Below, piece after piece: positions 39,901 through 54,900 of a stretch of DNA of 64,000 nucleotides. A model generated the notes under the pieces. The model saw only the letters and a program-made list of their open reading frames with translations, did not search any database and was not told the DNA's origin. The stretch is from Eledone cirrhosa (Eukaryota). Position 1 is the first letter of the stretch. Every line of letters begins with the position of its first letter. A program made the translations under genes and the position numbers. The stretch is from the NCBI GenBank assembly GCA_964016885.1, contig OZ024742.1:167896001-167960000 (forward strand), written 5' to 3'.

Positions 39901-42900
39901 TCGGAAAATTTTTAAAAATTCCTAAAATTACTAAAATTCCGAAAATTCTTAAAATTCCTAAAATTCCTAAAATTCCAAAAATTCCTAAACTTCATAAAAT
40001 TCCTAAAATTCCTAAAATTCATAACATTTCTAATGTTCCTAAAATTCATAAAATTCCAAAAATTCCTAAAATTCAAAAAATTCATAAAAATCCTAAAATT
40101 CAAAAAATTCATAAATATCCTAAAATTCATAAAATTCATAAAATTCATAAAATTCATAAAATTCCTAAAATTCATAGAAATTCATAAAATTCCGAAAATT
40201 CCTAAAATTCCTAAAAATTCATAAAATTCCGAAAATTCCAAAAAAATCCTAAAATTCCTAAAATTCCTAAAATTCCAAAAATTCATAAAATTCATAAAAT
40301 TCTTAAAATTCCTAAAATTCCTAAAATTCCTAAAATTTCTAAAATTCCTAAAATTCATAGAAATTCCTAAAATTCCTAAAATTCCTAAAATTCAAAAAAT
40401 TCCTAAAATTCCTAAAATTCCTAAAATTCCTAAATTCCTAAAATTCCTAAAATTTATAAAATTCATTTACTAAAATTAGTAAAATTTTAAATTTCATAAA
40501 ATTCATAAAATTCATAAAATTCCTAAAAATTCATAAAATTACGAAAATTCGGAAAAATTCCTAAAATTACTAAAATTCAAAAAATTCAAAAAATTCCTAA
40601 GATTCATAAATTTCATAAAATTCATAAGATTCCTAAAATTCCTCAAATTTATATAATTCATAAAATTCCTAAAATTCCTAAAATTTATAAAATTCCTAAA
40701 ATTACTAAAATTCGTAAAATTCGTAAAATTCATAAAATTCCTAAAATTCCTCAAATTCCAAAAATTCATAAAATTAAAATTCCTAAAATTAAAAAAGTTC
40801 ATAAAATTCCTAAGATTCCTAAAATTCCTAAAATTCCAAAAATTCATAAAACTCATAAAATTCATAAAAATTCATAAAATTCCAAGAAATTCAAAAAAAT
40901 CCTAAATTTCCTAAAATTCCTAAAATTCTTAAAATTCATAAAATTCATAAAATTCCTAAAATTCTTAAAATTCTTAAAATTCCTAAAATTCCTAAAATTC
41001 CTAAAATTCCCAAAATTCCAAAAATTCCTAAAATTCCTAAAATTATTAAAATTCATAAAATTCATAAAATTCATAAAATTCATAAAATCTATAAAATTCC
41101 TAAAATTCCTAAGATTCCTAAAATTCCTAAAATTTATATAATTCATAAAATTCCTAAAATTCCTAAAATTTATAAAATTCCTAAAATTACTAAAATTCGT
41201 AAAATTCCTAAAATTCATAAAATTCCTAAAATTCCTCAAATTCAAAAAAATTCATAAAATTAAAATTCCTAAAATTCAAAAAGTTCATAAAATTCCTAAG
41301 ATTCTTAAAATTCCTAAAATTCCAAAAATTCCAAAAATTCATAAAATTCATAAAATTCATAAAAATTCATAAAATTCCAAGAAATTCAAAAAAATCCTAA
41401 ATTTCCTAAAATTCCTAAAATTCTTAAAATTCCTAAAATTCATAAAATTCCGAAATTCCTAAAATTCCTAAAATTCCTAAAACTCCAAAAATTCATAAAA
41501 TTCATAAAATTCATAAAATTCATAAAATTCCTAAAATTCCTAAAATTCATAAAATTCATAAAATTACTAAAATTCATAAAATTCCTAAAAATTCATAAAA
41601 TTCCTAAAATTCCTAAAATTCCAAAAATTCATAAAATTCATAAAATTCTTAAAATTTCTAAAATTCCTAAAATTACTAAAATTCCTAAAATTCATAGACA
41701 TTCCTAAAATTCCTAAAATTCCTAAAATTCAAAAAATTCCTAAAATTCCTAAAATTCCTAAAATTCCCAAATTCCTAAATTCCTAAAATTACTAAAATTC
41801 ATAAAATTCATAAAATTTATAAAATTCCTAAAATTACTAAAATTCGTAAAATTTTAAATTTCATAAAATTCATAAAATTCATAAAATTCCTAAGATTCCT
41901 AAAATTCCTAAAATTTATAATTCATAAAATTCATAAAATTCATAAAATTCCTAAGATTCCTAAAATTCCTAAAATTTATAATTCATAAAATTCCTAAATT
42001 TCATAAAATTTATAAAATTCCTAAAATTACTAAAATTTATAATTCATAAAATTCATAAAATTCATAAAATTTATAAAATTCCTAAAATTACTAAAATTCG
42101 TAAAATTCCTAAAATTCATAAAATTCCAGAAAATTCCTCAAATTCCAAAAATTCATAAAATTAATAAAATTCATAAAATTCAAAAAGTTCATAAAATTTC
42201 TAAAATTCCTAAAATTCCTAAAATTCCAAAAATTCATAAAATTCATAAAATTCATAAAATACCTAAAAATTCATAAAATTCCAAGAAATTCAAAAAATCC
42301 CTAAAATTCATAAAATTCTTAAAATTCCTAAAATTCCTAAAATTCCTAAAATTTCAAAAGTTCCAAAAATTCCTAAAATTATTAAAATTCATAAAATTCA
42401 TAAAATTCATAAAATTCATAAAATTCATAAAATTCATAAATATTCAAAAAATTACGAAAATTCCAAAAAAATTACTAAAATTCCTAAAATTCAAGAAATT
42501 CAAAAAATTCCTAAAATTCTTGAATTTCATAAAATTCCTAAAATTCCTAAAATTCCTAAGATTCCTAAAATTCCTAAAATTTATATAATTCATAAAATTC
42601 GGAAAATTTTTAAAAATTCATAAAATTCAAAAAATTCCTAAAATTCCAAAAATTCCTAAAATTACTAAAATTCCGAAAATTCTTAAAATTCCTAAAATTC
42701 CTAAAATTCGTAAAATTCCAAAAATTCCTAAAATTCATAAAATTCCTAAAATTCCTAAAATTCATAACATTTCTAATGTTCCTAAAATTCATAAAATTCC
42801 AAAAATTCCTAAAATTCCTAAAATTCCTAAAATTCAAAAAATTCATAAAAATCCTAAAATTCAAAAAATTCATAAAAATCCTAAAATTCCTAAAATTCAT

Positions 42901-45900
42901 AAAATTCATAAAATTCATAAAATTCCTAAAATTCATAAAATTACTAAAATTCATAAAATTCCTAAAAATTCATAAAATTCCGAAAATTCCTAAAATTCCT
43001 AAAAATTCATAAAATTCCGAAAATTCCAAAAAAATCCTAAAATTCCTAAAATTCCAAAAATTCATAAAATTCCTAAAATTCTTAAAATTCCTAAAATTCC
43101 TAAAATTCCTAAAATTCCTAAAATTCCTAAAATTCATAGAAATTCCTAAAATTCCTAAAATTCCTAAAATTCAAAAAATTCCTAAAATTCCAAAAATTCC
43201 TAAAATTCCTAAATTCCTAAAATTCCTAAAATTTATAAAATTCATAAAATTACTAAAATTAGTAAAATTTTAAATTTCATAAAATTCATAAAATTCATAA
43301 AATTCCTAAAAATTCATAAAATTACGAAAATTCGGAAAATTCCTAAAATTACTAAAATTCAAAAAATTCAAAAAATTCCTAAGATTCATAAATTTCATAA
43401 AATTCATAAGATTCCTAAAATTCCTCAAATTTATATAATTCATAAAATTCCTAAAATTCCTAAAATTTATAAAATTCCTAAAATTACTAAAATTCGTAAA
43501 ATTCGTAAAATTCATAAAATTCCTAAAATTCCTCAAATTCCAAAAATTCATAAAATTAAAATTCCTAAAATTCAAAAAGTTCATAAAATTCCTAAGATTC
43601 CTAAAATTCCTAAAATTCCAAAAATTCATAAAACTCATAAAATTCATAAAAATTCATAAAATTCCAAGAAATTCAAAAAATCCTAAATTTCCTAAAATTC
43701 CTAAAATTCTTAAAATTCATAAAATTCATAAAATTCCTAAAATTCTTAAAATTCTTAAAATTCCTAAAATTCCTAAAATTCCTAAAATTCCCAAAATTCC
43801 AAAAATTCCTAAAATTCCTAAAATTATTAAAATTCATAAAATTCATAAAATTCCTAAAATTCCTAAGATTCCTAAAATTCCTAAAATTTATATAATTCAT
43901 AAAATTCCTAAAATTCCTAAAATTTATAAAATTCCTAAAATTACTAAAATTCGTAAAATTCCTAAAATTCATAAAATTCATAAAATTCCTCAAATTCAAA
44001 AAAATTCATAAAATTAAAATTCCTAAAATTCAAAAAGTTCATAAAATTCCTAAGATTCTTAAAATTCCTAAAATTCCAAAAATTCCAAAAATTCATAAAA
44101 TTCATAAAATTCATAAAAATTCATAAAATTCCAAGAAATTCAAAAAAATCCTAAATTTCCTAAAATTCCTAAAATTCTTAAAATTCCTAAAATTCCTAAA
44201 ATTCCTAAATTCCTAAAATTCCTAAAATTCCTAAAACTCCAAAAATTCATAAAATTCATAAAATTCATAAAATTCATAAAATTCATAAAATTCCTAAAAT
44301 TCATAAAATTACTAAAATTCATAAAATTCCTAAAAATTCATAAAATTCCTAAAATTCCTAAAATTCCAAAAATTCATAAAATTCATAAAATTCTTAAAAT
44401 TTCTAAAATTCCTAAAATTCCTAAAATTCATAGACATTCCTAAAATTCCTAAAATTCCTAAAATTCGAAAAATTCCTAAAATTCCTAAAATTCCTAAAAT
44501 TCCTAAATACCTAAATTCCTAAAATTACTAAAATTCATAAAATTCATAAAATTTATAAAATTCCTAAAATTACTAAAATTCGTAAAATTTTAAATTTCAT
44601 AGAATTCATAAAATTCATAAAATTCCTAAGATTCCTAAAATTCCTAAAATTTATAATTCATAAAATTCATAAAATTCATAAAATTCCTAAGATTCCTAAA
44701 ATTCATAAAATTTATAATTCATAAAATTCCTAAATTTCATAAAATTTATAAAATTCCTAAAATTACTAAAATTTATAATTCATAAAATTCATAAAATTCA
44801 TAAAATTTATAAAATTCCTAAAATTACTAAAATTCGTAAAATTCCTAAAATTCATAAAATTCTAAAAAATTCCTCAAAATCCAAAATTTCATAAAATTAA
44901 TAAAATTCCTAAAATTCAAAAAGTTCATAAAATTCCTAAAATTCCAAAAATTCATAAAATTCATAAAATTCATAAAATTCATAAAAATTCATAAAATTCC
45001 AAGAAATTCAAAAAATTCCTAAAATTCATAAAATTCTTAAAATTCCTAAAATTCCTAAAATTCCTAAAATTCCCAAAATTCCCAAAATTCCTAAAATTCC
45101 TAAAATTCCTAAAATTCCTAAAATTCATAAAATTCATAAAATTCATAAAATTCATAAAATTCATAAAAATTCATAAAATTCCAAGAAATTCAAAAAAATC
45201 CTAAATTTCCTAAAATTCCTAAAATTCTTAAAATTCATAAAATTCATAAAATTCCTAAAAATTCATAAAATTACGAAAATTCGGAAAAATTCCTAAAATT
45301 ACTAAAATTCAAAAAATTCAAAAAATTCCTAAGATTCTTTAATTTCATAAAATTCATAAAATTCATAAAATTCATAAGATTCCTAAAATTCCTCAAATTT
45401 ATATAATTCATAAAATTCCTAAAATTCCTAAAATTTATAAAATTCCTAAAATTACTAAAATTCGAAAAATTCCTAAAATTCATAAAATTCCTAAAATTCC
45501 TCAAATTCCAAAAATTCCTAAAATTAAAATTCCTAAAATTCAAAAAGTTCATAAAATTCCTAAGATTCCTAAAATTCCTAAAATTCCAAAAATTCATAAA
45601 ACTCATAAAATTCATAAAAATTCATAAAATTCCAAGAAATTCAAAAAAATCCTAAATTTCCTAAAATTCCTAAAATTCTTAAAATTCATAAAATTCCTAA
45701 AATTCCCAAAATTCCAAAAATTCCTAAAATTCCTAAAATTATTAAAATTCATAAAATTCCTAAAATTCATAAAATTCATAAAATCTATAAAATTCCTAAA
45801 ATTCCTAAGATTCCTAAAATTCCTAAAATTTATATAATTCATAAAATTCCTAAAATTCCTAAAATTTATAAAATTCCTAAAATTACTAAAATTCGTAAAA

Positions 45901-48900
45901 TTCCTAAAATTCATAAAATTCCTAAGATTCCTCAAATTCAAAAAAATTCATAAAATTAAAATTCCTAAAATTCAAAAAGTTCATAAAATTCCTAAGATTC
46001 TTAAAATTCTTAAATTCCAAAAATTCCAAAAATTCATAAAATTCATAAAATTCATAAAAATTCATAAAATTCCAAGAAATTCAAAAAAATCCTAAATTTC
46101 CTAAAATTCCTAAAATTCTTAAAATTCCTAAAATTCCTAAAATTCCTAAATTCCTAAAATTCCTAAAATTCCTAAAACTCCAAAAATTCATAAAATTCAT
46201 AAAATTCATAAAATTCATAAAATTCATAAAATTCCTAAAATTCCTAAAATTCATAAAATTACTAAAATTCATAAAATTCCTAAAAATTCATAAAATTCCT
46301 AAAATTCCTAAAATTCTAAAAATTCATAAAATTCATAAAATTCTTAAAATTTATAAAATTCCTAAAATTCCTAAAATTCCTAAAATTCATAGACATTCCT
46401 AAAATTCCTAAAATTCCTAAAATTCCTAAAATTCCTAAAATTCCTAAATTCCTAAATTCCTAAAATTACTAAAATTCATAAAAGTCATAAAATTTATAAA
46501 ATTCCTAAAATTACTAAAATTCGTAAAATTTTAAATTTCATAAAATTCATAAAATTCATAAAATTCCTAAGATTCCTAAAATTCCTAAAATTTATAATTC
46601 ATAAAATTTATAAAATTCATAAAATTCCTAAGATTCCTAAAATTCCTAAAATTTATAATTCATAAAATTCCTAAATTTCATAAAATTTATAAAATTCCTA
46701 AAATTACTAAAATTTATAATTCATAAAATTCCTAAAATTCATAAAATTTATAAAATTCCTAAAATTACTAAAATTCGTAAAATTCCTAAAATTCATAAAA
46801 TTCCAGAAAATTCCTCAAATTCCAAAAATTCATAAAATTAATAAAATTCCTAAAATTCAAAAAGTTCATAAAATTCCTAAAATTCCTAAAATTCCTAAAA
46901 TTCCAAAAATTCATAAAATTCATAAAATTCATAAAATACCTAAAAATTCATAAAATTCCAAGAAATTCAAAAAATTCCTAAAATTCATAAAATTCTTAAA
47001 ATTCCTAAAATTCCTAAAATTCCTAAAATTCCAAAAGTTCCAAAAATTCCTAAAATTATTAAAATTCCTAAAATTCATAAAATTCATAAAATTCATAAAA
47101 TTCATTAAATTCCTAAAATTCATAAAATTCCTAAAATTCATAAAATTCATAAAATTCATAAAATTCATAAAAATTCAAAAAATTACGAAAATTCCAAAAA
47201 AATTACTAAAATTCCTAAAATTCAAGAAATTCAAAAAATTCCTAAAATTCTTGAATTTCATAAAATTCCTAAAATTCCTAAAATTCCTAAGATTCCTAAA
47301 ATTCCTAAAATTTATATAATTCATAAAATTCGGAAAATTTTTAAAAATTCATAAAATTCAAAAAATTGCTAAAATTCCAAAAATTCCTAAAATTACTAAA
47401 ATTCCGAAAATTCTTAAAATTCCTAAAATTCCTAAAATTCCAAAAATTCCTAAAATTCATAAAATTCCTAAAATTCCTAAAATTCATAACATTTCTAATG
47501 TTCCTAAAATTCATAAAATTCCAAAAATTCCTAAAATTCAAAAAATTCATAAAAATCCTAAAATTCAAAAAATTCATAAATATCCTAAAATTCATAAAAT
47601 TCATAAAATTCATAAAATTCCTAAAATTCATAGAAATTCATAAAATTCCGAAAATTCCTAAAATTCCTAAAAATTCATAATATTCCGAAAATTCCAAAAA
47701 AATCCTAAAATTCCTAAAATTCCTAAAATTCCAAAAATTCATAAAATTCATAAAATTCTTAAAATTCCTAAAATTCCTAAAATTCCTAAAATTCCTAAAA
47801 TTCCTAAAATTCATAGAAATTCCTAAAATTCCTAAAATTCCTAAAATTCATAGAAATTCCTAAAATTCCTAAAATTCCTAAAATTCAAAAAATTCCTAAA
47901 ATTCCTAAAATTCCTAAAATTCCTAAATTCCTAAAATTCCTAAAATTTATAAAATTCATTTACTAAAATTAGTAAAATTTTAAATTTCATAAAATTCATA
48001 AAATTCATAAAATTCCTAAAAATTCATAAAATTACGAAAATTCGGAAAAATTCCTAAAATTATTAAAATTCAAAAAATTCAAAAAATTCCTAAGATTCAT
48101 AAATTTCATAAAATTCATAAGATTCCTAAAATTCCTCAAATTTATATAATTCATAAAATTCCTAAAATTCCTAAAATTTATAAAATTCCTAAAATTACTA
48201 AAATTCGTAAAATTCGTAAAATTCATAAAATTCCTAAAATTCCTCAAATTCCAAAAATTCATAAAATTAAAATTCCTAAAATTAAAAAAGTTCATAAAAT
48301 TCCTAAGATTCCTAAAATTCCTAAAATTCCAAAAATTCATAAAACTCATAAAATTCATAAAAATTCATAAAATTCCAAGAAATTCAAAAAAATCCTAAAT
48401 TTCCTAAAATTCCTAAAATTCTTAAAATTCATAAAATTCATAAAATTCCTAAAATTCTTAAAATTCTTAAAATTCCTAAAATTCCTAAAATTCCTAAAAT
48501 TCCCAAAATTCCAAAAATTCCTAAAATTCCTAAAATTATTAAAATTCATAAAATTCATAAAATTCATAAAATCTATAAAATTCCTAAAATTCCTAAGATT
48601 CCTAAAATTCCTAAAATTTATATAATTCATAAAATTCCTAAAATTCCTAAAATTTATAAAATTCCTAAAATTACTAAAATTCGTAAAATTCCTAAAATTC
48701 ATAAAATTCCTAAAATTCCTCAAATTCAAAAAAATTCATAAAATTAAAATTCCTAAAATTCAAAAAGTTCATAAAATTCCTAAGATTCTTAAAATTCCTA
48801 AAATTCCAAAAATTCCAAAAATTCATAAAATTCATAAAATTCATAAAAATTCATAAAATTCCAAGAAATTCAAAAAAATCCTAAATTTCCTAAAATTCCT

Positions 48901-51900
48901 AAAATTCTTAAAATTCCTAAAATTCCTAAAATTCCTAAATTCCTAAAATTCCTAAAATTCCTAAAACTCCAAAAATTCATAAAATTCATAAAATTCATAA
49001 AATTCATAAAATTCATAAAATTCCTAAAATTCCTAAAATTCATAAAATTCATAAAATTCATAAAATTCATAAAAATTCATAAAATTCCTAAAATTCCTAA
49101 AATTCCAAAAATTCATAAAATTCATAAAATTCTTAAAATTTCTAAAATTCCTAAAATTCCTAAAATTCCTAAAATTCATAGACATTCCTAAAATTCCTAA
49201 AATTCCTAAAATTCAAAAAATTCCTAAAATTCCTAAAATTCCTAAAATTCCTAAAATTCCTAAATTCCTAAATTCCTAAAATTACTAAAATTCATAAAAT
49301 TCATAAAATTTATAAAATTCCTAAAATTACTAAAATTCGTAAAATTTTAAATTTCATAAAATTCATAAAATTCATAAAATTCCTAAGATTCCTAAAATTC
49401 CTAAAATTTATAATTCATAAAATTCATAAATTTCATAAAATTCCTAAGATTCCTAAAATTCCTAAAATTTATAATTCATAAAATTCCTAAATTTCATAAA
49501 ATTTATAAAATTCCTAAAATTACTAAAATTTATAATTCATAAAATTCATAAAATTCATAAAATTTATAAAATTCCTAAAATTACTAAAATTCCTAAAATT
49601 CCTAAAATTCATAAAATTCCAGAAAATTCCTCAAATTCCAAAAATTCATAAAATTAATAAAATTCCTAAAATTCAAAAAGTTCATAAAATTCCTAAAATT
49701 CCTAAAATTCCTAAAATTCCAAAAATTCATAAAATTCATAAAATTCATAAAATACCTAAAAATTCATAAAATTCCAAGAAATTCAAAAAATCCCTAAAAT
49801 TCATAAAATTCTTAAAATTCCTAAAATTCATAAAATTCATAAAATTTCAAAAGTTCCAAAAATTCCTAAAATTATTAAAATTCATAAAATTCATAAAATT
49901 CATAAAATTCATAAAATTCCTAAAATTCATTAAATTCCTAAAATTCATAAAATTCCTAAAATTCATAAAATTCATAAAATTCATAAAATTCATAAAAATT
50001 CAAAAAATTACGAAAATTCCAAAAAAATTACTAAAATTCCTAAAATTCAAGAAATTCAAAAAATTCCTAAAATTCTTGAATTTCATAAAATTCCTAAAAT
50101 TCCTAAAATTCCTAAGATTCCTAAAATTCCTAAAATTTATATAATTCATAAAATTCGGAAAATTTTTAAAAATTCCTAAAATTACTAAAATTCCGAAAAT
50201 TCTTAAAATTCCTAAAATTCCTAAAATTCCAAAAATTCCTAAACTTCATAAAATTCCTAAAATTCCTAAAATTCATAACATTTCTAATGTTCCTAAAATT
50301 CATAAAATTCCAAAAATTCCTAAAATTCAAAAAATTCATAAAAATCCTAAAATTCAAAAAATTCATAAATATCCTAAAATTCATAAAATTCATAAAATTC
50401 ATAAAATTCATAAAATTCCTAAAATTCATAGAAATTCATAAAATTCCGAAAATTCCTAAAATTCCTAAAAATTCATAAAATTCCGAAAATTCCAAAAAAA
50501 TCCTAAAATTCCTAAAATTCCTAAAATTCCAAAAATTCATAAAATTCATAAAATTCTTAAAATTCCTAAAATTCCTAAAATTCCTAAAATTTCTAAAATT
50601 CCTAAAATTCATAGAAATTCCTAAAATTCCTAAAATTCCTAAAATTCAAAAAATTCCTAAAATTCCTAAAATTCCTAAAATTCCTAAATTCCTAAAATTC
50701 CTAAAATTTATAAAATTCATTTACTAAAATTAGTAAAATTTTAAATTTCATAAAATTCATAAAATTCATAAAATTCCTAAAAATTCATAAAATTACGAAA
50801 ATTCGGAAAAATTCCTAAAATTACTAAAATTCAAAAAATTCAAAAAATTCCTAAGATTCATAAATTTCATAAAATTCATAAGATTCCTAAAATTCCTCAA
50901 ATTTATATAATTCATAAAATTCCTAAAATTCCTAAAATTTATAAAATTCCTAAAATTACTAAAATTCGTAAAATTCGTAAAATTCATAAAATTCCTAAAA
51001 TTCCTCAAATTCCAAAAATTCATAAAATTAAAATTCCTAAAATTAAAAAAGTTCATAAAATTCCTAAGATTCCTAAAATTCCTAAAATTCCAAAAATTCA
51101 TAAAACTCATAAAATTCATAAAAATTCATAAAATTCCAAGAAATTCAAAAAAATCCTAAATTTCCTAAAATTCCTAAAATTCTTAAAATTCATAAAATTC
51201 ATAAAATTCCTAAAATTCTTAAAATTCTTAAAATTCCTAAAATTCCTAAAATTCCTAAAATTCCCAAAATTCCAAAAATTCCTAAAATTCCTAAAATTCA
51301 TAAAATTCATAAAATTCATAAAATTCATAAAATTCATAAAATCTATAAAATTCCTAAAATTCCTAAGATTCCTAAAATTCCTAAAATTTATATAATTCAT
51401 AAAATTCCTAAAATTCCTAAAATTTATAAAATTCCTAAAATTACTAAAATTCGTAAAATTCCTAAAATTCATAAAATTCCTAAAATTCCTCAAATTCAAA
51501 AAAATTCATAAAATTAAAATTCCTAAAATTCAAAAAGTTCATAAAATTCCTAAGATTCTTAAAATTCCTAAAATTCCAAAAATTCCAAAAATTCATAAAA
51601 TTCATAAAATTCATAAAAATTCATAAAATTCCAAGAAATTCAAAAAAATCCTAAATTTCCTAAAATTCCTAAAATTCTTAAAATTCCTAAAATTCATAAA
51701 ATTCCGAAATTCCTAAAATTCCTAAAATTCCTAAAACTCCAAAAATTCATAAAATTCATAAAATTCATAAAATTCCTAAAATTCCTAAAATTCCTAAAAT
51801 TCCTAAAATTCATAAAATTACTAAAATTCATAAAATTCCTAAAAATTCATAAAATTCCTAAAATTCCTAAAATTCCAAAAATTCATAAAATTCATAAAAT

Positions 51901-54900
51901 TCTTAAAATTTCTAAAATTCCTAAAATTACTAAAATTCCTAAAATTCATAGACATTCCTAAAATTCCTAAAATTCCTAAAATTCAAAAAATTCCTAAAAT
52001 TCCTAAAATTCCTAAAATTCCCAAATTCCTAAATTCCTAAAATTACTAAAATTCATAAAATTCATAAAATTTATAAAATTCCTAAAATTACTAAAATTCG
52101 TAAAATTTTAAATTTCATAAAATTCATAAAATTCATAAAATTCCTAAGATTCCTAAAATTCCTAAAATTTATAATTCATAAAATTCATAAAATTCATAAA
52201 ATTCCTAAGATTCCTAAAATTCCTAAAATTCATAATTCATAAAATTCCTAAATTTCATAAAATTTATAAAATTCCTAAAATTACTAAAATTTATAATTCA
52301 TAAAATTCATAAAATTCCTAAAATTTATAAAATTCCTAAAATTACTAAAATTCGTAAAATTCCTAAAATTCATAAAATTCCAGAAAATTCCTCAAATTCC
52401 AAAAATTCATAAAATTAATAAAATTCCTAAAATTCAAAAAGTTCATAAAATTTCTAAAATTCCTAAAATTCCTAAAATTCCAAAAATTCATAAAATTCAT
52501 AAAATTCATAAAATACCTAAAAATTCATAAAATTCCAAGAAATTCAAAAAATCCCTAAAATTCATAAAATTCTTAAAATTCCTAAAATTCCTAAAATTCC
52601 TAAAATTTCAAAAGTTCCAAAAATTCCTAAAATTATTAAAATTCATAAAATTCATAAAATTCATAAAATTCATAAAATTCATAAAATTCATAAATATTCA
52701 AAAAATTACGAAAATTCCAAAAAAATTACTAAAATTCCTAAAATTCAAGAAATTCAAAAAATTCCTAAAATTCTTGAATTTCATAAAATTCCTAAAATTC
52801 CTAAAATTCCTAAGATTCCTAAAATTCCTAAAATTTATATAATTCATAAAATTCGGAAAATTTTTAAAAATTCATAAAATTCAAAAAATTCCTAAAATTC
52901 CAAAAATTCCTAAAATTACTAAAATTCCTAAAATTCATAAAATTCCTAAAATTCCTCAAATTCAAAAAAATTCATAAAATTAAAATTCCTAAAATTCAAA
53001 AAGTTCATAAAATTCCTAAGATTCTTAAAATTCTTAAATTCCAAAAATTCCAAAAATTCATAAAATTCATAAAATTCATAAAAATTCATAAAATTCCAAG
53101 AAATTCAAAAAAATCCTAAATTTCCTAAAATTCCTAAAATTCTTAAAATTCCTAAAATTCCTAAAATTCCTAAATTCCTAAAATTCCTAAAATTCCTAAA
53201 ACTCCAAAAATTCATAAAATTCATAAAATTCATAAAATTCATAAAATTCATAAAATTCCTAAAATTCCTAAAATTCATAAAATTACTAAAATTCATAAAA
53301 TTCCTAAAAATTCATAAAATTCCTAAAATTCCTAAAATTCTAAAAATTCATAAAATTCATAAAATTCTTAAAATTTATAAAATTCCTAAAATTCCTAAAA
53401 TTCCTAAAATTCATAGACATTCCTAAAATTCCTAAAATTCCTAAAATTCCTAAAATTCCTAAAATTCCTAAATTCCTAAATTCCTAAAATTACTAAAATT
53501 CATAAAAGTCATAAAATTTATAAAATTCCTAAAATTACTAAAATTCGTAAAATTTTAAATTTCATAAAATTCATAAAATTCATAAAATTCCTAAGATTCC
53601 TAAAATTCCTAAAATTTATAATTCATAAAATTTATAAAATTCATAAAATTCCTAAGATTCCTAAAATTCCTAAAATTTATAATTCATAAAATTCCTAAAT
53701 TTCATAAAATTTATAAAATTCCTAAAATTACTAAAATTTATAATTCATAAAATTCCTAAAATTCATAAAATTTATAAAATTCCTAAAATTACTAAAATTC
53801 GTAAAATTCCTAAAATTCATAAAATTGCAGAAAATTCCTCAAATTCCAAAAATTCATAAAATTAATAAAATTCCTAAAATTCAAAAAGTTCATAAAATTC
53901 CTAAAATTCCTAAAATTCCTAAAATTCCAAAAATTCATAAAATTCATAAAATTCATAAAATACCTAAAAATTCATAAAATTCCAAGAAATTCAAAAAATT
54001 CCTAAAATTCATAAAATTCTTAAAATTCCTAAAATTCCTAAAATTCCTAAAATTCCAAAAGTTCCAAAAATTCCTAAAATTATTAAAATTCCTAAAATTC
54101 ATAAAATTCATAAAATTCATAAAATTCATTAAATTCCTAAAATTCATAAAATTCCTAAAATTCATAAAATTCATAAAATTCATAAAATTCATAAAAATTC
54201 AAAAAATTACGAAAATTCCAAAAAAATTACTAAAATTCCTAAAATTCAAGAAATTCAAAAAATTCCTAAAATTCTTGAATTTCATAAAATTCCTAAAATT
54301 CCTAAAATTCCTAAGATTCCTAAAATTCCTAAAATTTATATAATTCATAAAATTCGGAAAATTTTTAAAAATTCATAAAATTCAAAAAATTGCTAAAATT
54401 CCAAAAATTCCTAAAATTACTAAAATTCCGAAAATTCTTAAAATTCCTAAAATTCCTAAAATTCCAAAAATTCCTAAAATTCATAAAATTCCTAAAATTC
54501 CTAAAATTCATAACATTTCTAATGTTCCTAAAATTCATAAAATTCCAAAAATTCCTAAAATTCAAAAAATTCATAAAAATCCTAAAATTCAAAAAATTCA
54601 TAAATATCCTAAAATTCATAAAATTCATAAAATTCATAAAATTCCTAAAATTCATAGAAATTCATAAAATTCCGAAAATTCCTAAAATTCCTAAAAATTC
54701 ATAATATTCCGAAAATTCCAAAAAAATCCTAAAATTCCTAAAATTCCTAAAATTCCAAAAATTCATAAAATTCATAAAATTCTTAAAATTCCTAAAATTC
54801 CTAAAATTCCTAAAATTCCTAAAATTCCTAAAATTCCTAAAATTCCTAAAATTCCTAAAATTCCTAAAATTCATAGAAATTCCTAAAATTCCTAAAATTC

